IMG/VR virus record: IMGVR_UViG_3300037047_000317
Span: 1 to 38,358 of that record
Origin: a virus
Taxonomy: Duplodnaviria; Caudoviricetes
Length of the DNA: 38,358 bases
Direction: 5' to 3' (one strand)
Shown here: piece by piece, positions 15,664 through 23,539 of the stretch
Position numbering within the stretch: position 1 is the first letter of the stretch
How the letters are laid out: each line of letters begins with the position of its first letter
Notes under the pieces: generated by a model
Databases searched by the model: none
What the model was told of the DNA's origin: nothing
What the model saw: the letters and a program-made list of their open reading frames with translations, nothing else
Made by a program: the position numbers and the translations under genes

Positions 15664-17472
15664 TCAGGCCCCGCCGACTGCTACCAGCCGCTGCGGTTCC
15701 TCAAAGTCCTGCAGGCGGGCGACAATTGCCGCTACCTCGTTTTCTGCTGCGCCGGCCGGGTGCCATGCGGCCACCTGGTGGTAATGCCAGGCAGACCAGG
15801 TGCCGGGCATTGCTGATGCCAGCCGCGTTGCCAACTGCACCAGGTTCAACATGCGGGCCTCCACGGCCAGCTCGGCGGGCTTGGCCAGCGAGTTGCCGCT
15901 GAAGTCGGTTGCCACTGGCGAGGCCACATCCATTTCGGTACCTGGGCGTGCCATGTAGGCGGCTGGCGTCTTGCGGGCCAGCGGGCCGGTGATGTCCATG
16001 CCGCCGCATACCGGTTGGCGCTTGCGGCGGGCGGCATCGATGGCCAGCTTTTCGTCTGTGCCGTAGGCCATGGTGTCCAGCGCTGCGCGGTCGTGATTGG
16101 CTTGCGTCAGCGGCCGGGACTTGAATTCCTCGCCCCAGACTGCGGCTGATGCGGCAAAGCCGGCGCGGTCCTTGGCTTCGGCCACGCACACCCAGTGCAC
16201 GTCGTTGCCGTGTTCGTCCTGGTCGATGACCATTACAGAGTTTTCACGGTACGGATTGACCGCGACCATGATCTTGGATTTGTCACGCACGCCGGGGATG
16301 TGGTCGACCCGGTAGTTGACGCCCTTGAATTCGATCGACAGGTCACCGCCTACCGTGCGCTCCACCGGCTTGGTGGTCAGCAGCTCGCGGCAGACTTCAA
16401 TTGCCGGGGCAACCCGCAATTGATCCTTGCGAATGACCTGCCACAGGCCATACCGCGTGTGACCATGGCGCCGATGCTTCTGCGTGCCGTTGTACCAGCG
16501 CATCCAGATGCCCGCGTGGCGGTTGAGTTCTTCCAGGTCTTTGATGGCCGTTGCGATCAGGCGCGACTCGAAACTGCATTCGATGATGTTGTGGCTGTTT
16601 TCAACCTGACCCTTGGCTCGCGGGCTCTTGGGCTTGTGGATGATCAGCCGCACCTGGAGCAGCCGGCACAGGTTCTTGAACATGTGTGCGCCGTTGGCGC
16701 TGCCGGGGTCCAGCACCAGGATGGTGGGCACGCCGTTGAACGGTTCTTGTGCATCGCCCTTGGCCTGGATGGCGGCGATGAAGAATTCAGCCACCATCGC
16801 CGCCGACTCGGCGCCGATGTAGTAGCGGACAAAGATGGTGCCGCTGTAATGGTCGGTGGCGCTGTAGCGGATGACCATGGCCTTGACGCGCTTGTGCATG
16901 GATTCGGGCTTGTTCTTGTAGAACTCGTCTTTTTCCATGACGCCCATGCCGCCGTTGTCCAGGTAGTACAGCACGCACACCGAAGCGTCGATCTGCCAGA
17001 CGTGGTTGGGGTACAGCGAACGCATGCGGATATGCGGCTTGGGCCGGTTCATGGTGTCGACATCGAGCTTGTACTCGCGCATGGCGCGGGCAATGGTGGC
17101 GGTGGCTACCGGGACTACCTCGCCGGTGGTGGCATCCACCCTGCCCAGTGCTGCCAAGCCGCCATCGCGTGCCATTTGGGTGGCGGTGCCGATGCTCATG
17201 ATGTCCTTGCCGTTGGCGCGCTGTGCCTGCACCTTGAGCATTGCCACTGCCATGACCTCTTCCTTGCTGACCGAGCGCCGCCCAGCGTCGGCCCGGCGCT
17301 TGCGCGGCTGGGCAAAGCCGGCGTCGGTGATCTGCCGATACAGGGTTTTTACGGTGCAGCCCAAGGCGCCGGCCCAGTGGTCGGCAATGCTTTGCTTGAG
17401 GCCGTGGCCGGCGGCTGCCAGCGCATCGGCGGCAGCGCGAAGCTGCAACACGCGTTCGGGGTCCAGTGCCAT
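15664..17472 (-). CDS. DDE transposase (MuA-like, B3 type)
   Basis: RKRRADAG; catalytic WQID, VLDPGS, KGQVE; Mu-transposase C-terminal region. GGAGG RBS before ATG 17472 (alternative start 17487). Confidence 0.95.
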   Translation of the reverse strand: MALDPERVLQLRAAADALAAAGHGLKQSIADHWAGALGCTVKTLYRQITDAGFAQPRKRRADAGRRSVSKEEVMAVAMLKVQAQRANGKDIMSIGTATQMARDGGLAALGRVDATTGEVVPVATATIARAMREYKLDVDTMNRPKPHIRMRSLYPNHVWQIDASVCVLYYLDNGGMGVMEKDEFYKNKPESMHKRVKAMVIRYSATDHYSGTIFVRYYIGAESAAMVAEFFIAAIQAKGDAQEPFNGVPTILVLDPGSANGAHMFKNLCRLLQVRLIIHKPKSPRAKGQVENSHNIIECSFESRLIATAIKDLEELNRHAGIWMRWYNGTQKHRRHGHTRYGLWQVIRKDQLRVAPAIEVCRELLTTKPVERTVGGDLSIEFKGVNYRVDHIPGVRDKSKIMVAVNPYRENSVMVIDQDEHGNDVHWVCVAEAKDRAGFAASAAVWGEEFKSRPLTQANHDRAALDTMAYGTDEKLAIDAARRKRQPVCGGMDITGPLARKTPAAYMARPGTEMDVASPVATDFSGNSLAKPAELAVEARMLNLVQLATRLASAMPGTWSAWHYHQVAAWHPAGAAENEVAAIVARLQDFEEPQRLVAVGGA

Positions 17473-17483
17473 GTCCGCCTCCA

Positions 17484-18449
17484 TCACTGCACCGGCATCC
17501 AGTCGGCGGTGGGTTCGTCGCCGGACTCAGGTAAAACCCACTCCGGTACCAGTTCCAGCGCTACGCCGTAGTCGTTGGCGATTTCGGTCGCTTCGACGAT
17601 CAGCCGGTTGAGCGCGCCGGCCATTGCTGTCTTGAGGCCCAGCCCGGCCTTGTCGTCGCGGGCGATCTTGTCGATGGCGGCGCGCACGCCGATCATGGTC
17701 TTGACTACATCGGTGGTGGCGGCGTTGAGCCGCTCTTCCAGCAGCACAGCGCGTTCGTCGGTGGTCATGCCTTCTTGCTGGTTGAGCTGCTCGACCAGCT
17801 CACTGATGCGCTGCGACTTGGCAGCAATCAGCTTGTCTTTGGCTGCCAGCATCGTGCTGGCCTTTGCTGCAGCCTCGGCGGCAACGCTGTCGTTGCTGGC
17901 GCGAGCCATGCGCAACTGGGCGCGCAACTCGGATACCGACATCCGCTCTACATCATCCAGCGTCAGACCGAGGACAGTTTCGCCATCGTTGAGGGCGGTG
18001 AGTTCGTCGTCGTCGAGGACCATCAGTTCGAAGAGCTTGGTTTTCGAATGCACCGCATCTAGCAAATGTCGCGTTGACGAGACATTTGTGAAGCGAGTGG
18101 CGGCTTGCATCATCCGCGCCGCAACCTTTCGGTCGACGCCGATTTCTTCGAGTACTGGCAGCCAGGCGCCGTGTCCTTCGCATTCCTTCATCACGATCAG
18201 GCAGCGACCGACCTCCAGTGCTTCTTCGGCACTGCGGGCCATGTGGTAGCGGCAGCGGTCGATATAGCGCAGGCGTTCATAGGGCTGGCCGTCGCCGAAC
18301 TGCGCCAGCACGTTCTGCTGGTTCGTGGCCACCGCCAGTTCCATGGCCGGCAGTTGGTCGGCGTCGGCCAAGTCGGCCCGGGCTTGTTCGTCGTTGAAAT
18401 CTACGCCCTGGATATCGGGCTGCAGGGGTTTGCGTCCGCGAGTTGCCAT
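17484..18449 (-). CDS. DUF3102-like protein
   Basis: ALEVGRCLIVMKECEGHGAWL...AARMMQAA signature; typical position before B3-type transposases; GAGGAG RBS. Confidence 0.8.
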   Translation of the reverse strand: MATRGRKPLQPDIQGVDFNDEQARADLADADQLPAMELAVATNQQNVLAQFGDGQPYERLRYIDRCRYHMARSAEEALEVGRCLIVMKECEGHGAWLPVLEEIGVDRKVAARMMQAATRFTNVSSTRHLLDAVHSKTKLFELMVLDDDELTALNDGETVLGLTLDDVERMSVSELRAQLRMARASNDSVAAEAAAKASTMLAAKDKLIAAKSQRISELVEQLNQQEGMTTDERAVLLEERLNAATTDVVKTMIGVRAAIDKIARDDKAGLGLKTAMAGALNRLIVEATEIANDYGVALELVPEWVLPESGDEPTADWMPVQ

Positions 18450-18461
18450 GGTTCTCTCCTC

Positions 18462-18761
18462 TTAAGTGCGTGTGTAGCGCTGGCGAATCTCGTCTACACG
18501 GGATTGCGAGCGGCCAAGGTTCAGTTGGAAATCAACGGCGATCTGGACCACCTTGGGCCCGAGGCGCCAGCGCCCGGTGTCGGGTAGTTGCTCGGCGAGG
18601 CCGGCTTCCTTGAGGTTGGCCAGGTCGCGGGTGACGTTGCTGGGGCCGGTATCGAGTGCCTTGGCCAGATCGGACGGCGCCAGCCCGGCCAGCTCGTTGC
18701 CGGCCAGCAGCAGGATGGTGCGCAGCAGGCGCTGCTGGGCGTTGTTGATGTAGTCGCTCAC
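18462..18761 (-). CDS. IclR-like HTH DNA-binding protein
   Basis: GTG start coupled to the upstream stop; GLAPSDLAKAL...VTRDLANLKEAGLAE...GRWRLGP. Confidence 0.82.
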   Translation of the reverse strand: MSDYINNAQQRLLRTILLLAGNELAGLAPSDLAKALDTGPSNVTRDLANLKEAGLAEQLPDTGRWRLGPKVVQIAVDFQLNLGRSQSRVDEIRQRYTRT

Positions 18762-19234
18762 GACTCGTCCTCCAGCGCCAGTTCCGGCTGGGCGTTGCGG
18801 GCAGCGTTGGCGCGCTGGAAGGCCAGTTGCTCCATGGCCTTGGTGACTGCGGCCATGACTTCGTCGGCCGGCACCTTGCCGGCAGCGAATCCGATCAGGG
18901 CGCCAAGTGCGTCGTGCGTTGCAGACTGGACGGCCTGCAGATCGCTGGATTCCGGCAGGCGACCGGTGGGGATGTCGATGATCAGGCGGTGGGCGGCGTG
19001 CGCCAGGTAGGTGGTGACGTGGTTGCACCGGCAGGCGAGCTCGAACGGCCGGATCATCACACCGGGGATGCGGCCGGACTCGACCCACTTGTAGAGGATC
19101 CAGTGATTGGCCAGGCCCATGTCGGCGGCGATGTGCTCGATGGAGCGGCGGTGCCGGCTGCGGGCATGCTCGATACAGGCTTCGAGTGCGGCCTGCAGGC
19201 TTTGCGGTGGGTGTTTCCAATTTCTACTTGGCAT
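18758..19234 (-). CDS. Putative phage regulatory protein (CII-like)
   Basis: RRSIEHIAADMGL...LYKWVESGRIP HTH-like segment; second early gene region of B3-like phages. Confidence 0.7.
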   Translation of the reverse strand: MPSRNWKHPPQSLQAALEACIEHARSRHRRSIEHIAADMGLANHWILYKWVESGRIPGVMIRPFELACRCNHVTTYLAHAAHRLIIDIPTGRLPESSDLQAVQSATHDALGALIGFAAGKVPADEVMAAVTKAMEQLAFQRANAARNAQPELALEDES

Positions 19235-19336
19235 TTGGAAATGTCCTGTTTCGGTGTGTCCAAAAAAGCTTCGGTTTTGCTACTATGCAAATGCGTTGCG
19301 CGTGGCTAAATTGCAGTCATCGCAACGGAGGTGGTC

Positions 19337-19576
19337 ATGAGCGAAGACGAAGTCATAGGAAGGTTTGAGGCGCTGGCGAAGTTCTCTCTCCAGTTGGCGG
19401 CTGAGCTTGAAATGCGCGGGCTCATTGATGGCATCAGCTTTACTGAGCGACTGCGGCAGCCGCCGCCACTTGAGGATCAGGTTGAGTACATCCGGCTTTC
19501 CCGGCTGAGGCTGATTGAGATGGCTGATGTGCTTGATCAGGCGCGCGCAAGCCGTCTCGCGCACCCCAGACCGTAA
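19337..19576 (+). CDS. Hypothetical protein oriented against the early operon
   Basis: 79 aa helical protein, strong GGAGGT RBS, AT-richer upstream region. Confidence 0.7.
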   Translation: MSEDEVIGRFEALAKFSLQLAAELEMRGLIDGISFTERLRQPPPLEDQVEYIRLSRLRLIEMADVLDQARASRLAHPRP

Positions 19577-19614
19577 GGTCGAACGGGAAGCCGGCTTTGT
19601 CGTGTTGTTGCATG

Positions 19615-19836
19615 TCAGCATCCTTCGCGGAGTACGCCGCGTTCGCTGGCGAAGCGGAGCGGCGGGTGGTTGGTGTCGAAAACCTCGACGACAGAGCCGG
19701 AGGGCATGGCTGTCGGTGCGTCGAGGCAGCCGAGGACGTATTGCGACTCGTAGCCGAGGCCGTACATGTCGCGGCGCAGGCCGAAGACGGCTTGCCAGCC
19801 GGTGAAGCGACGGGTGGGGTGGATGGGGCGGCGCAT
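19615..19836 (-). CDS. Hypothetical protein
   Basis: 73 aa starting 2 nt after the Ner-like stop. Confidence 0.55.
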   Translation of the reverse strand: MRRPIHPTRRFTGWQAVFGLRRDMYGLGYESQYVLGCLDAPTAMPSGSVVEVFDTNHPPLRFASERGVLREGC

Positions 19837-19838
19837 GA

Positions 19839-20036
19839 TCAGGCGGCGAGACGGTCGGCTTCGACCGACTTGATGCCGGCGGCGACGGCGATGTCGTGGG
19901 CACGGCCGAAGTTGGCTTTGTCGACGCCGTTGAGGACGCGATAGACAGACGCCGGTGGAAAGCCGTGTTCTACGGCCCATTGGCGGATGGTTTTGCCCTG
20001 GCGACGCAGCCGGGTTTTGAAAGACTGGGCGGTCAT
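19839..20036 (-). CDS. Ner-like (BcepMu gp16-type) DNA-binding protein
   Basis: GKTIRQWAVEHGF...VYRVLNG...GRAHDIAVAAGIK; GGAGG RBS; first early gene, divergent from the repressor. Confidence 0.9.
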   Translation of the reverse strand: MTAQSFKTRLRRQGKTIRQWAVEHGFPPASVYRVLNGVDKANFGRAHDIAVAAGIKSVEADRLAA

Positions 20037-20111
20037 GATTGGCCTCCGAGAGTTGTTGAGGTGACAGTGGCGAGAGTCCTTGCAGGTGAATTCACTACTG
20101 TTTGTGAGTTA

Positions 20112-20140
20112 ATTATGGGAACCGTTTGGTTCCATGTCAA
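20112..20140 (-). promoter_or_regulatory. Early lytic promoter Pe
   Basis: TTGACA (20140-20135), 17 nt, CATAAT (20117-20112); near-consensus sigma70. Confidence 0.85.
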
Positions 20141-20170
20141 CAGGTTTGTTATGGAACTTTCGGTTTCCAT
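20115..20170. promoter_or_regulatory. Two putative repressor operators
   Basis: Related imperfect palindromes ATGGGAACCGTTTGGTTCCAT (20115-20135, fills the Pe spacer) and ATGGAACTTTCGGTTTCCAT (20151-20170, over the repressor start). Confidence 0.75.
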
Positions 20171-20597
20171 CGGCGAAAGGCTGCGCAGCGAGCGTCAGCG
20201 TTTGGACTTGAATCAAACGCAGATCGGAGAGTGCGGTGGTGTTACCAAGAAAACCCAGATGCTCTATGAGGCTGGCGGGCGATCTCCTGATGCCCTTTAT
20301 TTGGCGGCTATCGCCACCGCTGGCGCCGACATCCGCTACATCGTCACCGGCGAGCGGGACGGCCCGGCGCCTGAAACGCTGACTGCCGACGAGCGCGAGT
20401 TGCTAGCCCTATTCCGTGCGGCGCCGCTGGCCGTGAAGGCGGCGGCGATTGGCGCGCTGCAGGGCGGGAGCGCGCCGACTCAAAAGGGGCAAAAACAGAT
20501 TTCCGTCAGCGTCGGAACAAACCACGGGCAGTTGATCGAAGGCGGCATCGTGAATCACGGCCCGGTGAATTTCGGGGCGCGCTCAGGCAAGAAATAA
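20151..20597 (+). CDS. Prophage repressor (XRE HTH)
   Basis: IGERLRSERQRLDLNQ...GVTKKTQMLYEAGGRSPDALYL...DIRYIVTG; divergent from the Ner-like gene; no S24 peptidase domain. Confidence 0.92.
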   Translation: MELSVSIGERLRSERQRLDLNQTQIGECGGVTKKTQMLYEAGGRSPDALYLAAIATAGADIRYIVTGERDGPAPETLTADERELLALFRAAPLAVKAAAIGALQGGSAPTQKGQKQISVSVGTNHGQLIEGGIVNHGPVNFGARSGKK

Positions 20598-20601
20598 AAC
20601 C

Positions 20602-20964
20602 ATGCGAATCGACGTCGACCGTAACCATGGCCAGGTGGCCGAGAGCATTGAAAACCACTATGGCGGCGGGGGCTCGTTGCCGCCCGAGGGGCACCCGAAC
20701 AGCCGTTACTGCCCGCAGTGCGAACAGGTTACCTGGCGCATGACGCAGCACTGCCTGTGCTGTGGCGTGGATCTGTTTGCGATTGACGAGCACCACCGCT
20801 GGCGATCCATTCAGCGGCGCAAGACCAAGTTCGCGGTGTTTTTCGGGTTGTTTGCCGCACTGGCGATTTATGGCAAGGATCTGCTGCCGGATTCGATGCA
20901 GGGGATCGCTGTTGGCATGGGGGTAGTGGCCGGGATTGTGGCGTTGGCGGCGGTGAAGGACTAG
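20602..20964 (+). CDS. Membrane protein with a zinc ribbon and two C-terminal TM helices
   Basis: CPQC...CLCC; hydrophobic segments FAVFFGLFAALAIY and IAVGMGVVAGIVALAAV; starts 4 nt after the repressor stop. Confidence 0.8.
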   Translation: MRIDVDRNHGQVAESIENHYGGGGSLPPEGHPNSRYCPQCEQVTWRMTQHCLCCGVDLFAIDEHHRWRSIQRRKTKFAVFFGLFAALAIYGKDLLPDSMQGIAVGMGVVAGIVALAAVKD

Positions 20965-21068
20965 GCGCTTTTAACTGCGCGGGTGACGTGGATGCCAGGG
21001 CAAGCGGATGAAAACCGCTTACAGGGCGTTCAGAACATGTTCAGAACACAGATTTAAAAGGGGTCGCA

Positions 21069-21692
21069 ATGGTTGAAACGGATACGTCACCGCCGGTTTG
21101 CCCAAATTGCCACGAGGGGCTCGACAAACGCCCGACTCGGAAAAGCAAATGCCCGCATTGCGGTTTGACGATTTTCGTCAAGTACACGCCGGATGATCGG
21201 GTCAAGCGTTTGGTGACCGCTGAGCGCAATGAGGAAATCGAGGCGCTATGGGATGCTTATAACGTCAGGCAGGCGCAGCTTTCCCTTGACGAAGAAGCCG
21301 CCATGTACGGACTGCCGCCCGGGCTGACTCGCGAATCGTTGCCGATGCATCTGAAAGCAGTGGCGAAAGATGCGAGCGTCGATATCCAAAAACGGAGAAT
21401 GGCAGCGTTCCGTGTCAGTTCAGCATCAACTGGCAATGATCGCTCAGTATGGCGGATTATTGGTTATCGGCTCGAACTGGAGCACTTGTTGGCGCAGGGG
21501 TATCGGCGCGTCAAGATTCTCGGTGGCGTGTCGCCGTGTTCTTCGTGTGCCGCGCTGGTTGGAACTGTGTTCCTTACTGCAGAGGTTAAGTCCAGGCGAC
21601 CCATCCCGAATCCGGATTGCTACCAGATGAAAGGCGGCGGGCCTTGCTGTGCGTTCTGGGCGCCTGATATCGATAGTTTGGATAGGGCTTGA
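21069..21692 (+). CDS. Hypothetical Cys-rich accessory protein
   Basis: N-terminal CPNC/CPHC ribbon; C-terminal CSSC...PIPNPDC...CC cluster. Confidence 0.75.
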   Translation: MVETDTSPPVCPNCHEGLDKRPTRKSKCPHCGLTIFVKYTPDDRVKRLVTAERNEEIEALWDAYNVRQAQLSLDEEAAMYGLPPGLTRESLPMHLKAVAKDASVDIQKRRMAAFRVSSASTGNDRSVWRIIGYRLELEHLLAQGYRRVKILGGVSPCSSCAALVGTVFLTAEVKSRRPIPNPDCYQMKGGGPCCAFWAPDIDSLDRA

Positions 21693-21706
21693 TAAGCGGA
21701 GGGTGT

Positions 21707-22159
21707 ATGCGCAGATTTTTACTTCTCGGCGTCCTGGCGGCATCGCTGCCCGCCCATGCTCAATACAAATGCGTCGTCAAAGGCCAGACGGTGTATTCCG
21801 ACCACCCATGCGCTGTCGACGCAAAGCACGTTGGATCAGCGCAAGACAGGGTGACGGATGAGCAGCTACGTCAGCGGCTACAGCAGAGCATCAAAGAGCG
21901 GCGCGAGCGGAACGCCATAGAGCGACGGGAGGCTGTCGAGGATATCCAGCGCGAGCGGGAGCAGGAAGATCGACGACTGCAAGCTGAAGCGGATAAGCGG
22001 GATAGGGACAGGCGCTGTGAGCAGTTGCGCCGCGATCTGCGCAGCAACGAGCAGGCGCGGGCGCGTTACCAAGACTTCGGTTGGCAGAACAGTTTGCGTC
22101 AGCGTGAGGCAGAAGCGAAGACGTTGCGCGAGACGATTGGCCGGGAATGCAGGAAGTGA
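21707..22159 (+). CDS. DUF4124-like exported protein
   Basis: Signal peptide ending AHA|Q, then YKC...GQTVYSDHPC and a charged coiled coil; GGAGG RBS. Confidence 0.85.
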   Translation: MRRFLLLGVLAASLPAHAQYKCVVKGQTVYSDHPCAVDAKHVGSAQDRVTDEQLRQRLQQSIKERRERNAIERREAVEDIQREREQEDRRLQAEADKRDRDRRCEQLRRDLRSNEQARARYQDFGWQNSLRQREAEAKTLRETIGRECRK

Positions 22160-22189
22160 TTTGAGAATCGAAAAATCCAAGGGGGTTGT

Positions 22190-23206
22190 ATGGCGGGTAA
22201 AGAAAAAGAAGGCGAATGGGTTGAGCTGAAGGTAGCCAATGAGGATGATGCGTTTCGGTTGATTGAGCAGGCATTAAACAAAGAACTTGGCCATCAGCCG
22301 TATAAGCTGGTTTTTGACAACTGGCCTATTCTGACGATCAAGCTTGAAGGGGATGGTTATGACAGTACAATCACATCAGACATGGCCGCAGCTCTGGTTG
22401 AGCTTCAGCATGCCATCAACCGTAGTTATGCCAGAATACTGCATGACTCCAGCAACAGCCGTACGCTGACGGCAGACGAACGCCATGAGCTAAGGTTTAA
22501 AGCAAAGATTGAAAGCGGTAGTTCAATCATTGAGGTCAACCTCGGCGAATGGGCAGAAAAACTGTCAACTTCTTTGGTTGGGAAAATGAATCCTGCTGCA
22601 ATCGTTATGACGGTTATTGGGTGCGCAGTTGTCGCCGGCGGGACGATATCCTATAAGGATCATCTCCAGCATCGCAGCGAAGACAAGAAAATCGAGGTCG
22701 AAATGCAGGAGAGGGTTGCGCTTTCGAAAGAAGAGACGCGCCGTCATGAAATCCTGGCGAAGGCCGTCACCGCGCAACCAGCGCTCGGTTATGTTCGGGA
22801 GAACTTTGATGTTGCCAGAACAGAAATTCTCAAAGGTGTTGGTGATGCCGAAACGCTTACCGTGGCCGGCATTCAGTTGGAAAACTCTGAGGCGCATTCG
22901 ATTGCCAGGTCAAAGCGTACGGAGGCTCGGCAGCTGCAACTAAATGGGAATTACGAAATCGAGCAAGTTAACTGGCAACAAGAAGATGAGGTACGCATCA
23001 AGGTCAAGGGGCTTGATAAGGGCGGGAGAGTTTTCGTTGCATCCCTCACGGACCAGTCAATCGAGAGAGATCAGGTTAAGCTGCTTCAGGAGGCAGAGTG
23101 GTCACGTAGCGCAATTTACTTGTCTATCAATGCAACCGAGTTGCGCGGAGAAATTACGACAGCAGCCATTGTTGGCGTAACGCCTAAGCCTGCGGCCAAG
23201 AAGTAA
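22190..23206 (+). CDS. Hypothetical accessory (moron-like) protein
   Basis: 338-aa ORF, visibly lower GC than its flanks, one central hydrophobic segment. Confidence 0.8.
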   Translation: MAGKEKEGEWVELKVANEDDAFRLIEQALNKELGHQPYKLVFDNWPILTIKLEGDGYDSTITSDMAAALVELQHAINRSYARILHDSSNSRTLTADERHELRFKAKIESGSSIIEVNLGEWAEKLSTSLVGKMNPAAIVMTVIGCAVVAGGTISYKDHLQHRSEDKKIEVEMQERVALSKEETRRHEILAKAVTAQPALGYVRENFDVARTEILKGVGDAETLTVAGIQLENSEAHSIARSKRTEARQLQLNGNYEIEQVNWQQEDEVRIKVKGLDKGGRVFVASLTDQSIERDQVKLLQEAEWSRSAIYLSINATELRGEITTAAIVGVTPKPAAKK

Positions 23207-23217
23207 AGAAGTCGCCC

Positions 23218-23263
23218 TCCGCACCCCTACCCTCTGCGAATAACCTAGGCCCGGCAGCATCCT
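23218..23263 (+). promoter_or_regulatory. Late promoter 2 (head operon) with activator box
   Basis: TCCGCACCCCTACCCTCTGC (23218-23237), 20 nt, CATCCT. Confidence 0.75.
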
Positions 23264-23308
23264 GTCGGCACACCGTTGTTGTGTGCCATTACAGACAGGA
23301 GATACGCC

Positions 23309-23539
23309 ATGGCCGAAACCAATCAGCAGCAAAAACCCACTGCCGCCGTTGAATTGACGGCTGCCCAGGCCGCGAAGGCGGTCAAGCGTCCGGTGCCGGT
23401 CCTGGACGAAAAGAAGAAGCCCACGGGCAAGACCAAGGATGTGCCGGTCAGCGAGGTTGAAGTGCTGTCCTGGGCCAAGCGCGGCGATCGCGTTATCGTC
23501 GTGACCACCGATGGCCAGAAGCTGGAAGGCCGGCTGTGA
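23309..23539 (+). CDS. Small hypothetical late protein
   Basis: 76 aa, AGGAG RBS, VVTTDGQKL C-terminus, GTGA-coupled to the capsid gene. Confidence 0.75.
   Translation: MAETNQQQKPTAAVELTAAQAAKAVKRPVPVLDEKKKPTGKTKDVPVSEVEVLSWAKRGDRVIVVTTDGQKLEGRL

Noticed and set aside
19283-19903. 206-aa minus-strand ORF
   Set aside because: Arg/Pro-rich off-frame composition and it overlaps three better-supported genes; a shorter internal product cannot be excluded.
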